DNA from: Schmidtea polychroa
Taxonomy: Eukaryota
Reading direction: 5' to 3'
DNA: 64,000 bases
Assembly: GCA_044892525.1 (NCBI GenBank)
Contig: CM097885.1
Span: forward strand, 35,032,001-35,096,000
Of this stretch, positions 45,927 through 58,247 are shown in pieces (the first letter of the stretch is position 1; each line of letters starts with the position of its first letter). The notes beneath the pieces are model-generated. The model saw only the letters and a list, made by a program, of their open reading frames with translations, was not told where the DNA came from and made no database searches. Made by a program: the position numbers and the translations under genes.

Positions 45927-46166
45927 CATCACTGATAAGAAGGCGATGCAAATCATCGGGGCCCGCGATATAATTATATTTGGATTTTTTATATAATTAA
46001 ATAATTTTAAAAATCTTCGTTTGTGATAATTTAAGTTTATATGGAATTTCATAAGTAATAAATAGGATAACTAAAATAAATGTTTTATAAAATATATATA
46101 TAAGTTTTTAATTGCAAAGTAATGACAAATTGCATCGGGGGCCCGGCCTAGCTCTCGACGGCCCTG
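45927..46166. mobile_element. hAT MITE with a lost left TIR
   Basis: 8-bp direct repeat CTTGGAAT on both sides; right end CGACGGCCCTG; GGGGCCC subterminal motifs. Confidence 0.6.
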
Positions 46167-46843
46167 CTTGGAATATCTTATATAAATATTATATGATAAT
46201 ATTTTACTATCAATGGTGAAAGATTTAACAGGAAGTCACAACTAACTGGTTATATATTTGACACCTGCAAATATAAAGGTTGTACTAAAAATTATTTTTA
46301 AAATATTGGTTTTGGTAGTTTAAGTTACTTATAAAGTTCTGCTTATAAATGTCTTTAAAAAATGGGGTTCCTTGAATTTGAAAATCTAGGAATGTTTATC
46401 AAAGTTACTGAATGGTATGCAAAAGTCTGATAAATAAAATATTTATATCCAAATCCAATTGTGTCTAATAAAATTAAACTCAAAACAAAACATTCTCAAC
46501 CGAGTGCCATGGGACTCGGGGGGACCACAAAGCAAAAACTCACATATTGAAAACTTTTAAATTTCATACCTTAATTTTGACAAAAGTATAACTTATTTCT
46601 TATTAATAATTTCTTATAAAGTATTTCTTGTATGGATTCAAACACATTTTCTTAGGTATGTATTATAAATACTTTCATCAATATCTAGTAATGAGGCACT
46701 TAGTTCTCTATGCCTCCCTTCAAGTGACGGGAACAGGGGAAAATATCTTACAGGTTGGTCAATGGTTGGGACCGTGGAATAATTTCGAGCTTAACAAAAT
46801 ACCACAGGATGACACAGATTGAGGAATACTGATAAACAATTTA

Positions 46844-46925
<82 letters not shown>

Positions 46926-47238
46926 ATTGTTTTTATTGGTAAAAAAGATTACGCAAATAAATCAAAACAATGAGATTTAAGATATTCCTGTCTGCAATGA
47001 ACAAGACTCATGAGATTTCCCAACAGTGGGCATCAATAATTAACCAACTAAACCAACCGATCTCAATAATGAACAGATAAATAAATATTTGACTTTAATA
47101 ATAAAAGATTTATTCAGAATGAAGAATAATTGTATGAACTCATCTAAAAAAATGTATTAAAATATTTATAACACTTGACAATTAAATCCTCTTATTAAAT
47201 AAAATAGGCTTCATTTGATATTTATTGATACAAAAAAT

Positions 47239-47352
<114 letters not shown>

Positions 47353-47589
47353 TACGTTAATATTGATAAAATTATTAAAAATTAATGCAAATCCAAAAAC
47401 TTGACACTAGTTAATTAATAAATTTCAAATAATATTAATTTCTTGATGATATTAAATAAAGAGAATAATAAATCAAATTACGGGTACCTTATCTGTTGTC
47501 AGTGATATGCAGATTAATGAGACAAAACCAATTATTTTATAAAATTATATATATTCAAGAAATTAATCAGTATTAATAATTTAATGGTG

Positions 47590-47663
<74 letters not shown>

Positions 47664-47729
47664 TATAATAATAATAGTACAATAATGATATACTTTCATT
47701 TTTCTGGATTTTTTTTAAAAACTTTACTT

Positions 47730-48266
47730 AAAATTAAAATTAAAATTAAAATAAAATAATTAAATAAATATCATTTAAAATTCAAAATGACAAAAACTAA
47801 AACCTTTAAATATTTTAAAGCTTCTATAATTAGCTTCTAGAAGCCTAATAAAATATTTCAAAATATTTTCAAATAAAGTCTCCAATAACCATTTATATAC
47901 GCTATTTAAATATTTCAATAAATGTGTCAATTTTGATTTTTAAATCCTATCTTTTGAAAGTATATTTCCTAAAATTTTCTATATTATTTTAATTATTACT
48001 TTAAATTTATAATATTTTTTATTTTTTATATATTATCAGATATTCTCAAGGTGAATGACAACAGACCAAATTCATGATTTCATTGATTTCTTCTTTAGTT
48101 TTGATTTTTGGCTGTCTGTTTATGATGAGAATTGCTTCTTTTAATCTGACATTTTTCTTTTGGATGTTTCCATTAGCTATGATTTCGATTGAAATATTTT
48201 TTCTTTCCTCTGTTGACTGACATTGTTGGAGGTGTCTGTTTATCGAGGATGTTCCACCAGGATCTA
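47730..48266 (-). mobile_element. Short 3' fragment of the Penelope-like family (endonuclease end + 3' UTR)
   Basis: DPGGTSSINRHLQQCQSTEERKNISIEII..KEAILIINRQPKI matches the 27.3-kb copy, and the downstream non-coding sequence is shared. Confidence 0.85.
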
Positions 48267-48284
48267 AATCTTTGCGTCTCCTGC

Positions 48285-48326
48285 ATATTACTGATGAGAG
48301 CCAAAAGCTCGAAACTAGTCTACTAT
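48285..48326 (+). ncRNA. Minimal type-I hammerhead ribozyme with a canonical core
   Basis: atatta-CTGATGA-gagc-caaaa-gctc-GAAA-ctag-TC-tactat: perfect stem II, palindromic stem III, stem I with one mismatch. Confidence 0.75.
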
Positions 48327-48639
48327 TGGGATTGGCACTGGGTATCACCAAGCTTGTACTGTTTATTTTATTGAAGTGAGACATCCGACAAAAAAATTTT
48401 ACACCATTACTTTATAAGTTAAAAATGCTAAAGGTAATCGGATGTACTTGTAAACAGTTTCTGTGTATCGACTAATTTTTTAGTCCGCTGAGGTGATTAT
48501 GATTTTTCATACGCCATGTTTACAAGTTTACAGATTTTTTCTATGACCAAGCTAATTTGCAAGTGATGTGATTTCCAGTGTACCGGGGAAAGTATGCAAT
48601 TGAGTTGAATCAGCAATATAAAATAACTTTATAAAATAA

Positions 48640-48722
<83 letters not shown>

Positions 48723-48726
48723 TAAT

Positions 48727-48796
<70 letters not shown>

Positions 48797-48941
48797 CAAT
48801 AAAATGATATAATTTAAGCCTCTTGTCAAGGACTATCTTATAGTCGAAAATCTTTTCATTAAATACATTATATGCAGCAAAAGGCTTAAATTATCATTTT
48901 ATTGTTTTAAATAATAAATGCTGCTAACAAGAAATCATCAC

Positions 48942-49132
<191 letters not shown>

Positions 49133-49377
49133 TACATTGAAAAATATTAACACGCAAATAAATTTGTAATATACCATGAAATCATATACAAATTTCACTA
49201 TAAGACCTTATAAAAATAAAATATTAAAAAGGGGACAAATGATTAAGTCCTACATATAGAAAAGCAAAAACAATTATTAGTAATGTAAGATCTGCTTATT
49301 TAAGGGTAAATGAAAATGCAATATGTAATTTCAATTTTTTATTATATTATTGGGTATTTATCATTTTCTCACATGTT

Positions 49378-49566
49378 CAGTGGCATAGCCAGGGGTTTAG
49401 GGACCTACCACCCCCCTCCATTGGATTTTTCGTGTACAAATATTTGTCGACGTAAAGTGCCTAAAAGATCATTCACCTAAATACTCTGTAGACATTTAAA
49501 GTACATTGTGATTATTTATCCACCCCCCCCCCCCTTTCCCTTCAAAAATTCCTGGCTGCGCCACTG
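49378..49566. mobile_element. hAT MITE
   Basis: CAGTGGCATAGCCAGG / CCTGGCTGCGCCACTG; TSD CACATGTT vs CCCATGTT (7/8). Confidence 0.85.
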
Positions 49567-49760
49567 CCCATGTTTTATTACAAATTCATTAATAATGTCA
49601 TCTTAACTTAAACTTTTGGCTGATTGAGACTTAATAGATAAAATGACTAAAAAGCTAAAACGTTCTTGACTAATAACTAATTTTCTTAAATAGCAATTTA
49701 CAGAAAAACATCAATTATTTTTGACTTTTGGAAAATCGTAGTTTTTTTACTTGAATCACG

Positions 49761-49976
49761 AGTAGTGTAGGAACCTAGCACTTGACCACTCACACCCCAC
49801 AGCTTCCAACTCCACAGCCCTCAATTATTACCCTTTAATGTAAAAAAATAACAGTTTTTTTAAACCTTTTAATCTTTTTAACCCCCAAATTCTAAAACAC
49901 TCACTCTAATAAAGGAGATGATGGAAGGGGAAAAAGGCGAAAGGCGAAAGGTCAAGTGCTAGGTTCCTACACTACT
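49761..49976. repeat. Left terminal unit bounded by a perfect 27-bp inverted repeat
   Basis: AGTAGTGTAGGAACCTAGCACTTGACC (49761-49787) and GGTCAAGTGCTAGGTTCCTACACTACT (49950-49976). Confidence 0.95.
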
Positions 49977-50059
49977 TGCAATCTGCGCAATTTGCTAATA
50001 TAAAAAATATTTTAAAAATTCTAAAACACCCCACTCCAATAAAAAAATATTTTTAAAAA

Positions 50060-53000
50060 ATGAATTGTGAAGTTTGTAAAAAAACTTTTAAAAATAAATC
50101 TGCACTAATGTCTCATCAAAGATCAAAGATTCATTTATTAAAAACCAATCAACTAAATAATACCAACTCGAAAATTTGTACAAAATGTAAACAAAGATTT
50201 TTAATTTCTGGATACGATCGACATTTTGAAAGTTGTATTGGTATTCCTGAAAATAGAAAAAAATTTGAATGTCCAATATGTAAAATAAAAATTACTACAG
50301 AATTTTATTTTAAAAAACATGTAAAAAAATGTACCATAGAAAATATAGTCCCAACTCCCAAAGAAGATGAAGAGGAAGTGTATGAAGAAGAACCTGAACA
50401 CATTGAAAAAGAAAAATATAATTGGGATGGTTTTAATCATATAGATTTATTTGAAGAAGCATTTCAAGATTCATCGGTCTCAGAATATGTAAAGAAAAAC
50501 AAACAAAATATAAAAAATTCAATGGAAGATGCTTTGGATAAATTTGGTAAATCAAGATTTAATGTTATAAAATATAAAGTTATAATCCAGGCAAGATATT
50601 GGAGAGGAGAAGAAGCAAATACAGTTCCTTTAATTTCTGATATTGAAACACCATATAAATATTTATATTCAACCAAAGGGGTTAAAAAAATTATTAAAGA
50701 AATAATTAAAGAGGCTCAAGAACAACAAGAACAAGCAGAACAAGAATTGAGGGAATCAGATTTAAGATTTCACTCCTTTCAAAATATGCAAATTATATAT
50801 TGGAGAGGGGCACCCCCTAACCCCAAATCATACATCCCTACACCTTTTCGTTCTAATTCTCTTGTAAACGTGGAAAATAGTGATAATAAATGTTTTCAAT
50901 GGTCAGTCCTTGCACATTTACATCCTCAAGCTACAAACCCTCAAAGAGTATCAAAATACAAACCCTATGAGGGTGAATTGATATATCCAAAAGAGTTTAA
51001 ACATCCAATGAAAATTTGTGATGTACCAAAATTTGAAAGTTTAAATAATATCAAAATTAATATTTATGAATATATACACCATAAACATGATGATTTTAAG
51101 AAACATATCATTCCAATATACATTTCAGATAAAGAATTATTAGAACAAGATAGAAATCGGGAAATAGATCTTTTAATATTAGAGGAAGACATTGAAACCC
51201 CCATAGAAGGGGATTTAAATATTGAAAACATACAAGAAGAAAATATTGAAAGAAAACAACACTATGTTCTCATAAAAAACTTTCAAGCTTTTATGAGATT
51301 AAAAACACAAGTCAGAGGGGGAATAACATGTAAAAGATGTCTTCATTATTCAACATCTCCATCTTCAATAATTAAACATGAAAGGTTGTGCAGTAAAAAC
51401 CAACCAGCTTTAATTAAAATGCCTTTACCTATAAACGCAAAGATGCTTTTTAAAAACTTTTCAAACCTACTAGAAACATAAGGAGTAATATATGGATACT
51501 TTGAAGCCATAAATATAAAACAGGATCTAGACCAAGAATATTTCAAACTAATAGAAAAAAATAATCTAAATCTACAAAATGGGAGGACATGAAAGCCCTT
51601 TTAAAATTAAATAATAAATCCTACACTGTAAAACTAACAAAACAAGTGGCATCGGCCTATAAATTATTTTTCAAAAGTAATTACCCCGAGATTATAAACT
51701 CTGAAGAATTTTCATTTAGAGGATCCTCGGAAGAAGAGGTTTTAAATCATTTTACTAAAGACATGAATGATTTGGAACATAAACATTTTAAAACCTTAAA
51801 AATAAAACATTTAATAAACTTTTCAGAACAACAATGGGAAGAATATGAAGATTGCACAACTTGCTGGATGTGCAAACAGCCATTTGAGGATCAACTCTTT
51901 GAGGATCAACTCTTTGAGAATCAACTCTTTGAGGATCAAGGTCTTCCAGAGTCTATTGAAGAAGAAGAACAAAGATTATTCCATGAGGGTCAAACTCAAA
52001 ACATAAAAGTTCCTGACCATGACCACTTTAAAAAAGAAAATAATTATAGGGGAGCAGCCCATAAAAATTGCAATATAAACTGTAAAAGACCTGCATTTAT
52101 ACCGGTTATATTTCATAATCTTTTTGGTTATGACATCCACCTATTTATAAAACATCTAGCTGTAAATGCTAAAAATTCCTTTAAAGTCATAGGACTTACA
52201 AAATAAAAATATAAATGTGTACAATATGGGTGTTTAAAATTTATAGATTCTCTAAACTTTTTACAAATGTCTCTAGATGGAATATCAAAAACCATGAAAC
52301 CTGAAGATTTTACATTTACAAGAGAAATATTAATAAAAAATAATATTCCAGAACATGAATTTCCAACCTGTTTCGCTAAAGGAATCTATCCTTATGATTA
52401 TATCAACTCTTTTGATTGTTATAATGAAACATCTTTACCAGAGAAAGACTTGTTTTTTTTCAAAATTAAATCAAGCGGGTATAACTGATCAAGAATATAC
52501 TCGAGCAAATAAAATGTGGGAACTTTTCAAATGTAAAAACATTGGGGATTATACTGACATGTATTTATCCCTTGATGTTTATATCCTTGCAGATTGTTTC
52601 GAAGGATTCACAAAAGCCTTTACTCTTAAACCCTATAATTATATATCTTCTCCATCTTTAGCTTGGGATATTTTATTATATACTGTATGGACCTCTTCTG
52701 TTCCAGAGGATATACACCTATTAATTGAAATCGACATGTTTAATATATTTAAAGAAAATATTCGTGGAGGTGTTAGCTCCGTGATGGGAGATCGAGAACT
52801 AACAGCAAACAACTTTATATCTCTCCACAAGAAATTCTTTAAAGAAGATGAAGATTATGTAGAAATAAAAACTAAACAGGATTTAAATTTAATAATGGAG
52901 GGTTTAAATAATCCATCTGAAATAATGTATATTGATGCAACCGCTCTATATTCGGGAATCATGACTCAATATCTTCCAATTGGAAACTTTGAAGTCTCCG

Positions 53001-54433
53001 AGGATGAAATCTCTAAAATTTTAAAAACTGAAAAGGATTCAGAATTTGGATATGTTATAGAATGTGATCTTGAATACCCAGATGATATAAAACCTTCAAC
53101 TAGATACTTTCCATTTGCACCAGTAAAAAGAAAAATAGATCCAAATGAACTTTTACCTTGGCAGATTGAACAAAATAGGCCTACAACCACAAAGTTTTTA
53201 TGTGATCAAACTGATTAAACCTATTATCTTTGTCATTATAGATTATTACAATTTTATCTTTCTCATGGAATGGTTTTAAAAAATGTTCACTCAATCATAA
53301 AGTTTAGACAACTTCCATTCATGAAAACCTTTATAGAGGGAAATATCAAATCTAGGAATGAAGCAAAAAGAAATGGAAACGCTTTCCTCGATATGATTTA
53401 TAAACTTTTAAATAATTCAGTCTTTGGAAAGACAATGGAAAATGTTGACAAATATACACGTGTGGAATTATTAACAAATAGTCCAAAGGATTTTGCAAGG
53501 TATAATCGAATGCTTGGAAAACCTACATTTAAAAATGCCCAAGTATTCTCCGAGAACCTTTTAGCCGTTGAACTTCAAAATAGTGAAAAGACTTATAACA
53601 AACCAATCTTTATAGGCTTTTCAATTTTAGAATTATCAAAACTTCAAATGTATGAAACCTATTATGATATCCTAGTGCCACATTTTAAAAATAGAATATC
53701 TATGCATGCAATGGATACCGACAGTATGTTTTTAAAAATATATAGTAAAAATGTGAAAAAAGAAATATCAGAAAATGAAACCCTAAGGAATGTAATAAAT
53801 TCATCTGGAGAATTATTCACCTTTAAAGATGAAAAACCAAACACCCCAATACTTGATGCTGTATTTATTAGATCTAAACAATATTCACTTGAAATGATTG
53901 AAGGAGTAAAGACTGAAACCCATTCAATAAAAATAGAAGAAAAGGATTATACATTTGAAAGACCTATAGTTGAAAAGGTTAAAACATCCAAGGAAAACAA
54001 AAGTAAAGGAATACAAAAATGCATATCAAAAAGATTAACACATCAAGATTATAAAGATTCTCTAAATAAAAATCATGTAGATAAAATAGTTGAAGTTCAT
54101 CAGCTTAAATCTGAGAGACATAACATGTATTTAGAAGAATCAAATAAAGTTGCAATATCAAATTATGATGATAAACGTTGTATACTAAGTAATTTGAAAA
54201 CAACACTTCCTATTGGGAATAATTTAATCCCGATAATAAAAAACTTGAAAAGATTAAATGACTTGTATGCCACAAACTTCACAGATGTCCAACTGAGTAA
54301 ACTTGAAATTATAAACTTAAAATATTTAAATACTAACCCTGATTACATTCAAAGCCTATCAGAAAAAGAATTTGAAGATCATAGATTGGAGATTAAAAGA
54401 TATGAACAGTCATCCATGAAGGAAAGTCTCTGA
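50060..54433 (+). pseudogene. polB: Protein-primed family B DNA polymerase with N-terminal zinc fingers and an endonuclease VII-like insert; disrupted
   Basis: DNKCFQWSVLA, VIYGYFEA (Exo I), DHDH..YRGAAHKNCN, FHNLFGYD (Exo II), KGIYPYDY, IRGG, YIDATALY, KLLNNSVFGK, DTDS; stops at 51479, 52204, 53216; frameshifts near 51585 and 52455. Confidence 0.93.
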
Positions 54434-54475
54434 AGGTCTCCGAAAGTCTCCGAAAGTCATTCTAGAATCTTAAAA

Positions 54476-54688
54476 ATGACTGAAATACCCTTAAAATCCA
54501 TTTTTGAAAACTTAAAGTCTTTGACAGATGACAAAATATTGATTGATATTATTAAAGCTTTGAATAAATTAAAAAACAAACCATCTGTTTCAATAATAAA
54601 AATCTTTTCTTTTATAGTTATAACATCTTTTTTATTTTCTCTTTTATTTTCTCTTGGTTTACCTTGGTTGAAAACTTTCTGGCTTTAA
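54476..54688 (+). CDS. Small protein with a C-terminal hydrophobic (TM-like) segment
   Basis: AAAAATG start like other element genes; IIKIFSFIVITSFLFSLLFSLGLPWL; overlaps the convergent ORF. Confidence 0.45.
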   Translation: MTEIPLKSIFENLKSLTDDKILIDIIKALNKLKNKPSVSIIKIFSFIVITSFLFSLLFSLGLPWLKTFWL

Positions 54689-54905
54689 TCTCTTTATGGA
54701 CTTCGTTCAACTGTTGTTTCAGAGTATCTCTTTCAGTCTCTATATCATTTATAATCCAAAGTAATACAGGCTCTCGAATGGCAAGTTGCACAGCGAGCAA
54801 GGCTTTATCCTCTAAAGATTTCTCATTATATTCTTTTAATGCAAGACTTGATTGCTTTTTAATAATAGGATTACTTTTTATCAAATTTAAATCACGTTCG
54901 TTCAT
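54618..54905 (-). CDS. Hypothetical coiled-coil protein
   Basis: 95-aa ORF in the gene-dense array; heptad-like C-terminal half. Confidence 0.55.
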   Translation of the reverse strand: MNERDLNLIKSNPIIKKQSSLALKEYNEKSLEDKALLAVQLAIREPVLLWIINDIETERDTLKQQLNEVHKEIKARKFSTKVNQEKIKEKIKKML

Positions 54906-54987
54906 TTATTAAAGCTTTTAAACATGATACTAGTTCGATCTAAAATATCTTCAACATCTTCAGTCGTAGAGACTTCTGTCCCAGAGG

Positions 54988-55347
54988 CTAAAGGATCTTT
55001 TTTTGCCTTTTATATTTCTTAGACTTGATGCATTGATGATTTTGTTGAAGTACATTAGTTGAACAATCATTACAATAAACACCCTTTTTCTCTATAGCCT
55101 TCTTCCCTTTGACCTTCGGACATTTACCTGTATGCCTATAAGGAGAATCAATTCCTAAATCTTTTCTAATTCTTCTCATTGTAGAATCTGAAGTACCAAT
55201 CATTTTACAAATTTGAGTTTGAGAAAAAGTAGGGTTTTCACTCTTTATTCTAGCAAATTCAAAAGCCTTCTCTTTTTGTTGAATCTTATTTAATATTAAA
55301 GGATCAATTATTGAAAGTTGTTCAATTTTTTTTATAAAGACATCCAT
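54988..55347 (-). CDS. Helix-turn-helix DNA-binding protein with a degenerate C-terminal zinc finger
   Basis: NPTFSQTQICKMIGTSDSTMRRIRKDLG; YCNDC..H. Confidence 0.7.
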   Translation of the reverse strand: MDVFIKKIEQLSIIDPLILNKIQQKEKAFEFARIKSENPTFSQTQICKMIGTSDSTMRRIRKDLGIDSPYRHTGKCPKVKGKKAIEKKGVYCNDCSTNVLQQNHQCIKSKKYKRQKKIL

Positions 55348-55403
55348 TTTTATATGTTTTATTTTCTAATCTTTGTTCCTCTATCCTTTAATCTTTTAAT
55401 CAG

Positions 55404-55607
55404 TTAGGGGAATAAAGCAAAATAATATTCTCCTCTAATTATTTGGTGTCGAGGTGATAAAGATTGAAATTTAGTTATTTTATTTAAATAATCACAATCA
55501 TTAATTCCTACAAGATAAAAGATGTAACACTTTTCACCTATTCTAATTTTATCCTCTAATGATAAACTTCTAAAATCATTCAACCTAGATTTCATTATTT
55601 CTTCCAT
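55404..55607 (-). CDS. Hypothetical protein with an internal repeat
   Basis: AAAAAATG start; FRSLSLEDKIRIGE is echoed by FQSLSPRHQIIRGE. Confidence 0.55.
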   Translation of the reverse strand: MEEIMKSRLNDFRSLSLEDKIRIGEKCYIFYLVGINDCDYLNKITKFQSLSPRHQIIRGEYYFALFP

Positions 55608-55640
55608 TTTTTAATTTAAAAATTATATAGTCTTACGAAG

Positions 55641-56222
55641 TTACGTCGAAGTCTTTAACCATTTCTCTCTATATTGTTTTTTAGAATATTCATCACCTTT
55701 AACCTTTGTAGTTTTCAACTTTATAACTTCATTTTTAATATCCCTTATTATTTGATTTGATTTCATTATTTCTTCATCTGTTAGGATTCCATCTTCCAAG
55801 GCTTTTAATTGAAATAAAAATAATTTTGATATCCCCAAGTCGATTGTCAAACAAACTTCACGATATAAACTTTTCTTTTTTGAAGTATAAGATAAAGAAA
55901 CTATTTCAGTCAAGAAAGAATCTGCAACAGAAATACTTCCAAGTATTACGGGTGCAAGAGTAACAACTGGTAAAGTTATAGGTAAAACAATTGTAAGTAT
56001 TGCAGATGAAAATCCTAAGGAGTAACCTATAATCTTTAAAGCTGTATTCCCTTTATTCCATCTTTTTTTAATTTTTTTATAATGCTTTAGTAAGTCTTGT
56101 AAATGTAAAGTTTCTGATTTAAATTCTTTCACTCTCATAACTTCAAGTTCTGTAGGAGCAGAAGGAGTCAATACTGGATATCGTACTATTGGACTTTGTA
56201 CTTCTGGACTTCGTACTTCCAT
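55641..56222 (-). CDS. Polinton/adintovirus membrane protein (hydrophobic hairpin, KAL.DG.L..EE motif) with N-terminal YPxL and PSAP
   Basis: YPVLTPSAP; IIGYSLGFSSAILTIVLPITLPVVTLAPVILGSISVA; KALEDGILTDEE. Confidence 0.75.
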   Translation of the reverse strand: MEVRSPEVQSPIVRYPVLTPSAPTELEVMRVKEFKSETLHLQDLLKHYKKIKKRWNKGNTALKIIGYSLGFSSAILTIVLPITLPVVTLAPVILGSISVADSFLTEIVSLSYTSKKKSLYREVCLTIDLGISKLFLFQLKALEDGILTDEEIMKSNQIIRDIKNEVIKLKTTKVKGDEYSKKQYREKWLKTST

Positions 56223-56230
56223 TTTAATAA

Positions 56231-57079
56231 TTAAAAAAATAAGACTTTATTATCTGGTACCAACGCTCGCATATCATAAGAAACTCTTTTTGAGAGAATG
56301 TCTTTATACAATTCTATCAACGCTTTACGAACTTCATCAACATCAACCTTTTTTTCATAAAATATTAAATCTATATAACTTACAAGTGTGCTTTTAAAAA
56401 TAATATTCTTACTTTTAACTTTATGTGTTTTATGTGAATCAGTTTTATCATGCCAATGTCCGTGTGGTAAATCATAACCAGTTATTATAACATCATCCTT
56501 TTCAAACTTACTATTATAATCACATTTTACAAACTATTTCATTGTTTCACCATCATCATTAAATAAAAAGAAATAAGGATCAATAATCTTTACAACCATA
56601 AAACAAGACCATTCTTTACTATTTGTTATTATTAAAGTTGGTTCTATAAAATGTTTATATCTATTGGGTAATAATGTATTATTCTGTTCTAATTCAGCAG
56701 CTCTTTTTCTAATAGTGTGTGTTGTGTTAATGTGTGTTGTATGAGACTCTAATTTAACAAGTCTTGCATTAAATGATGTAATCATCTCATTTATTATATT
56801 ATATATTGTATTAATTTTATTATCCATAAGTCTTTTATTAAGCTTGGATTCTATAGAATTACTCGATTTAAGAGACTTAAGATTTTCATCTACATATTTT
56901 TTATTAGTTGCATCAAAATCATTGATTGGAGGACCTAAATCTTTTATCTTGTGAGCATTTAAATTTAAATCTCCCTTCATTGAATCTCCTACTTCATTAA
57001 TAAATCTTTTTTCTGTAAGGTTTATAACATCTTCATCTTTTAATCCTTCATTAGATAATCCTAATTTATTATAATTCAT
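56231..57079 (-). pseudogene. Fibre/adhesin-like protein of ~282 codons with one in-frame TAG (56534-56536)
   Basis: GDSMKGDLNLNAHKIKDLGPPINDFDATNKKYVD fibre-type motif followed by a coiled coil; frame stays open for 100 codons after the TAG. Confidence 0.65.
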
Positions 57080-57088
57080 TTTTATAGT

Positions 57089-57816
57089 CTAAACTTGTTT
57101 CAAATGTAAACACATTGAAATCTTTTCTCCATTAAAATTAATTAATTCTCCATTTTCATCAACAATTCTAAAATGAATATCCATTAGGTTTTTCTTTCAA
57201 CCATTTTATATCCAACTCGAACAACATTGGAAGGAAAGGAATGTAAAATATTTGCATGTTTACCATTATTGTATGATCCCATTATACAATCACACTCTAT
57301 ATTTATAGAATTTATATTTGTTATTTGTATAATATTTTTAGATTTAATAGTTGATGGTAGATATCCTCCAACTTCAAAACCTAAAATAGTATGAAAGAAA
57401 CTAGAAGCATGAACATCAAGTTCAACATTTTTTAAAGTTGCAATACATTTTGAAGTTTGAATATCTACTTTTATTTCTACGGCTCCATTTATTTCTTTTA
57501 GAATTGCTTTAGCCAAATCTACTATTTCATATGATCCTGGTTCGATTGTTATAGTGTTGTATTCTTCAGTATTTATCATTGTCTTGGGGTTAATATACTT
57601 CTTAACTATAAGAAATTTATTATTATTAATATTTATATTAAAAATAGTATTAAAACAGCTAAACCACAAGAGTCCTAATTCATAATTTAAATTTTGATCT
57701 AAATTTATTGAATCTTCAAAATTTATACTAAAATCTGATTCATTTGAATTTATTAATAAACTTCTTGAATATTTATCTGACATTATGTTTACCATTTTTT
57801 TTAAATTATCTTCCAT
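57089..57816 (-). pseudogene. Minor capsid protein (penton, single jelly roll); frame broken near the C-terminus
   Basis: YELGL..NTIFNI..NNKF, TIEPGSYEI, INIECDCIMGSY..ILHSF; the C-terminal IHFRIVDENGELINFNGEKISMCLHLK lies in another frame. Confidence 0.8.
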
Positions 57817-57875
57817 TTTTATAATAGAGGTTTTAAATCATTATAAATTTCTTGGATTATAGATTCAAAGCCCTC

Positions 57876-58247
57876 TCATTTGGACGCATTCAATCTATAC
57901 AAAACATATAAACTTAAAATACCACATATTTTAGTATTATTAGGTTGAACTTGTAAAGAATTAAAGGTGTAGCCTTTTTCAAGATAGTCTTCTACTTCTT
58001 TAGTGGGTTTAATCCCAAAAGAATCAAAGTATATAGATTTATTATATATACAAACCCAATGAGATCCTTTTTCATTTGAATCTTGATAATTGATTATTAT
58101 ATTATCCTTTGGTCCTTTCAGACTTGACAATTCATCATTCATTAATATTTTATTTTTTAAATTTAAATAATTTTCATAATCTTTTAAATCAAAATTTGTT
58201 TTTACATTTATTCCAAATGTTTTTAAAAAATCTAATATACTAGTCAT
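57876..58247 (-). CDS. Adenain-like cysteine maturation protease
   Basis: GSHWVC, YFDSFG, QVQ..ICG: His-Asp-Gln-Cys in the adenain order. Confidence 0.9.
   Translation of the reverse strand: MTSILDFLKTFGINVKTNFDLKDYENYLNLKNKILMNDELSSLKGPKDNIIINYQDSNEKGSHWVCIYNKSIYFDSFGIKPTKEVEDYLEKGYTFNSLQVQPNNTKICGILSLYVLYRLNASK

Noticed and set aside
50088..53844. Short antisense ORFs within polB (and 59001+, 60224-, 60578+)
   Set aside because: Shadows of the real coding strand
56695..56715. Furin site (IRKR) in the fibre-like protein
   Set aside because: Lacks the P4 arginine and the protein has no signal peptide
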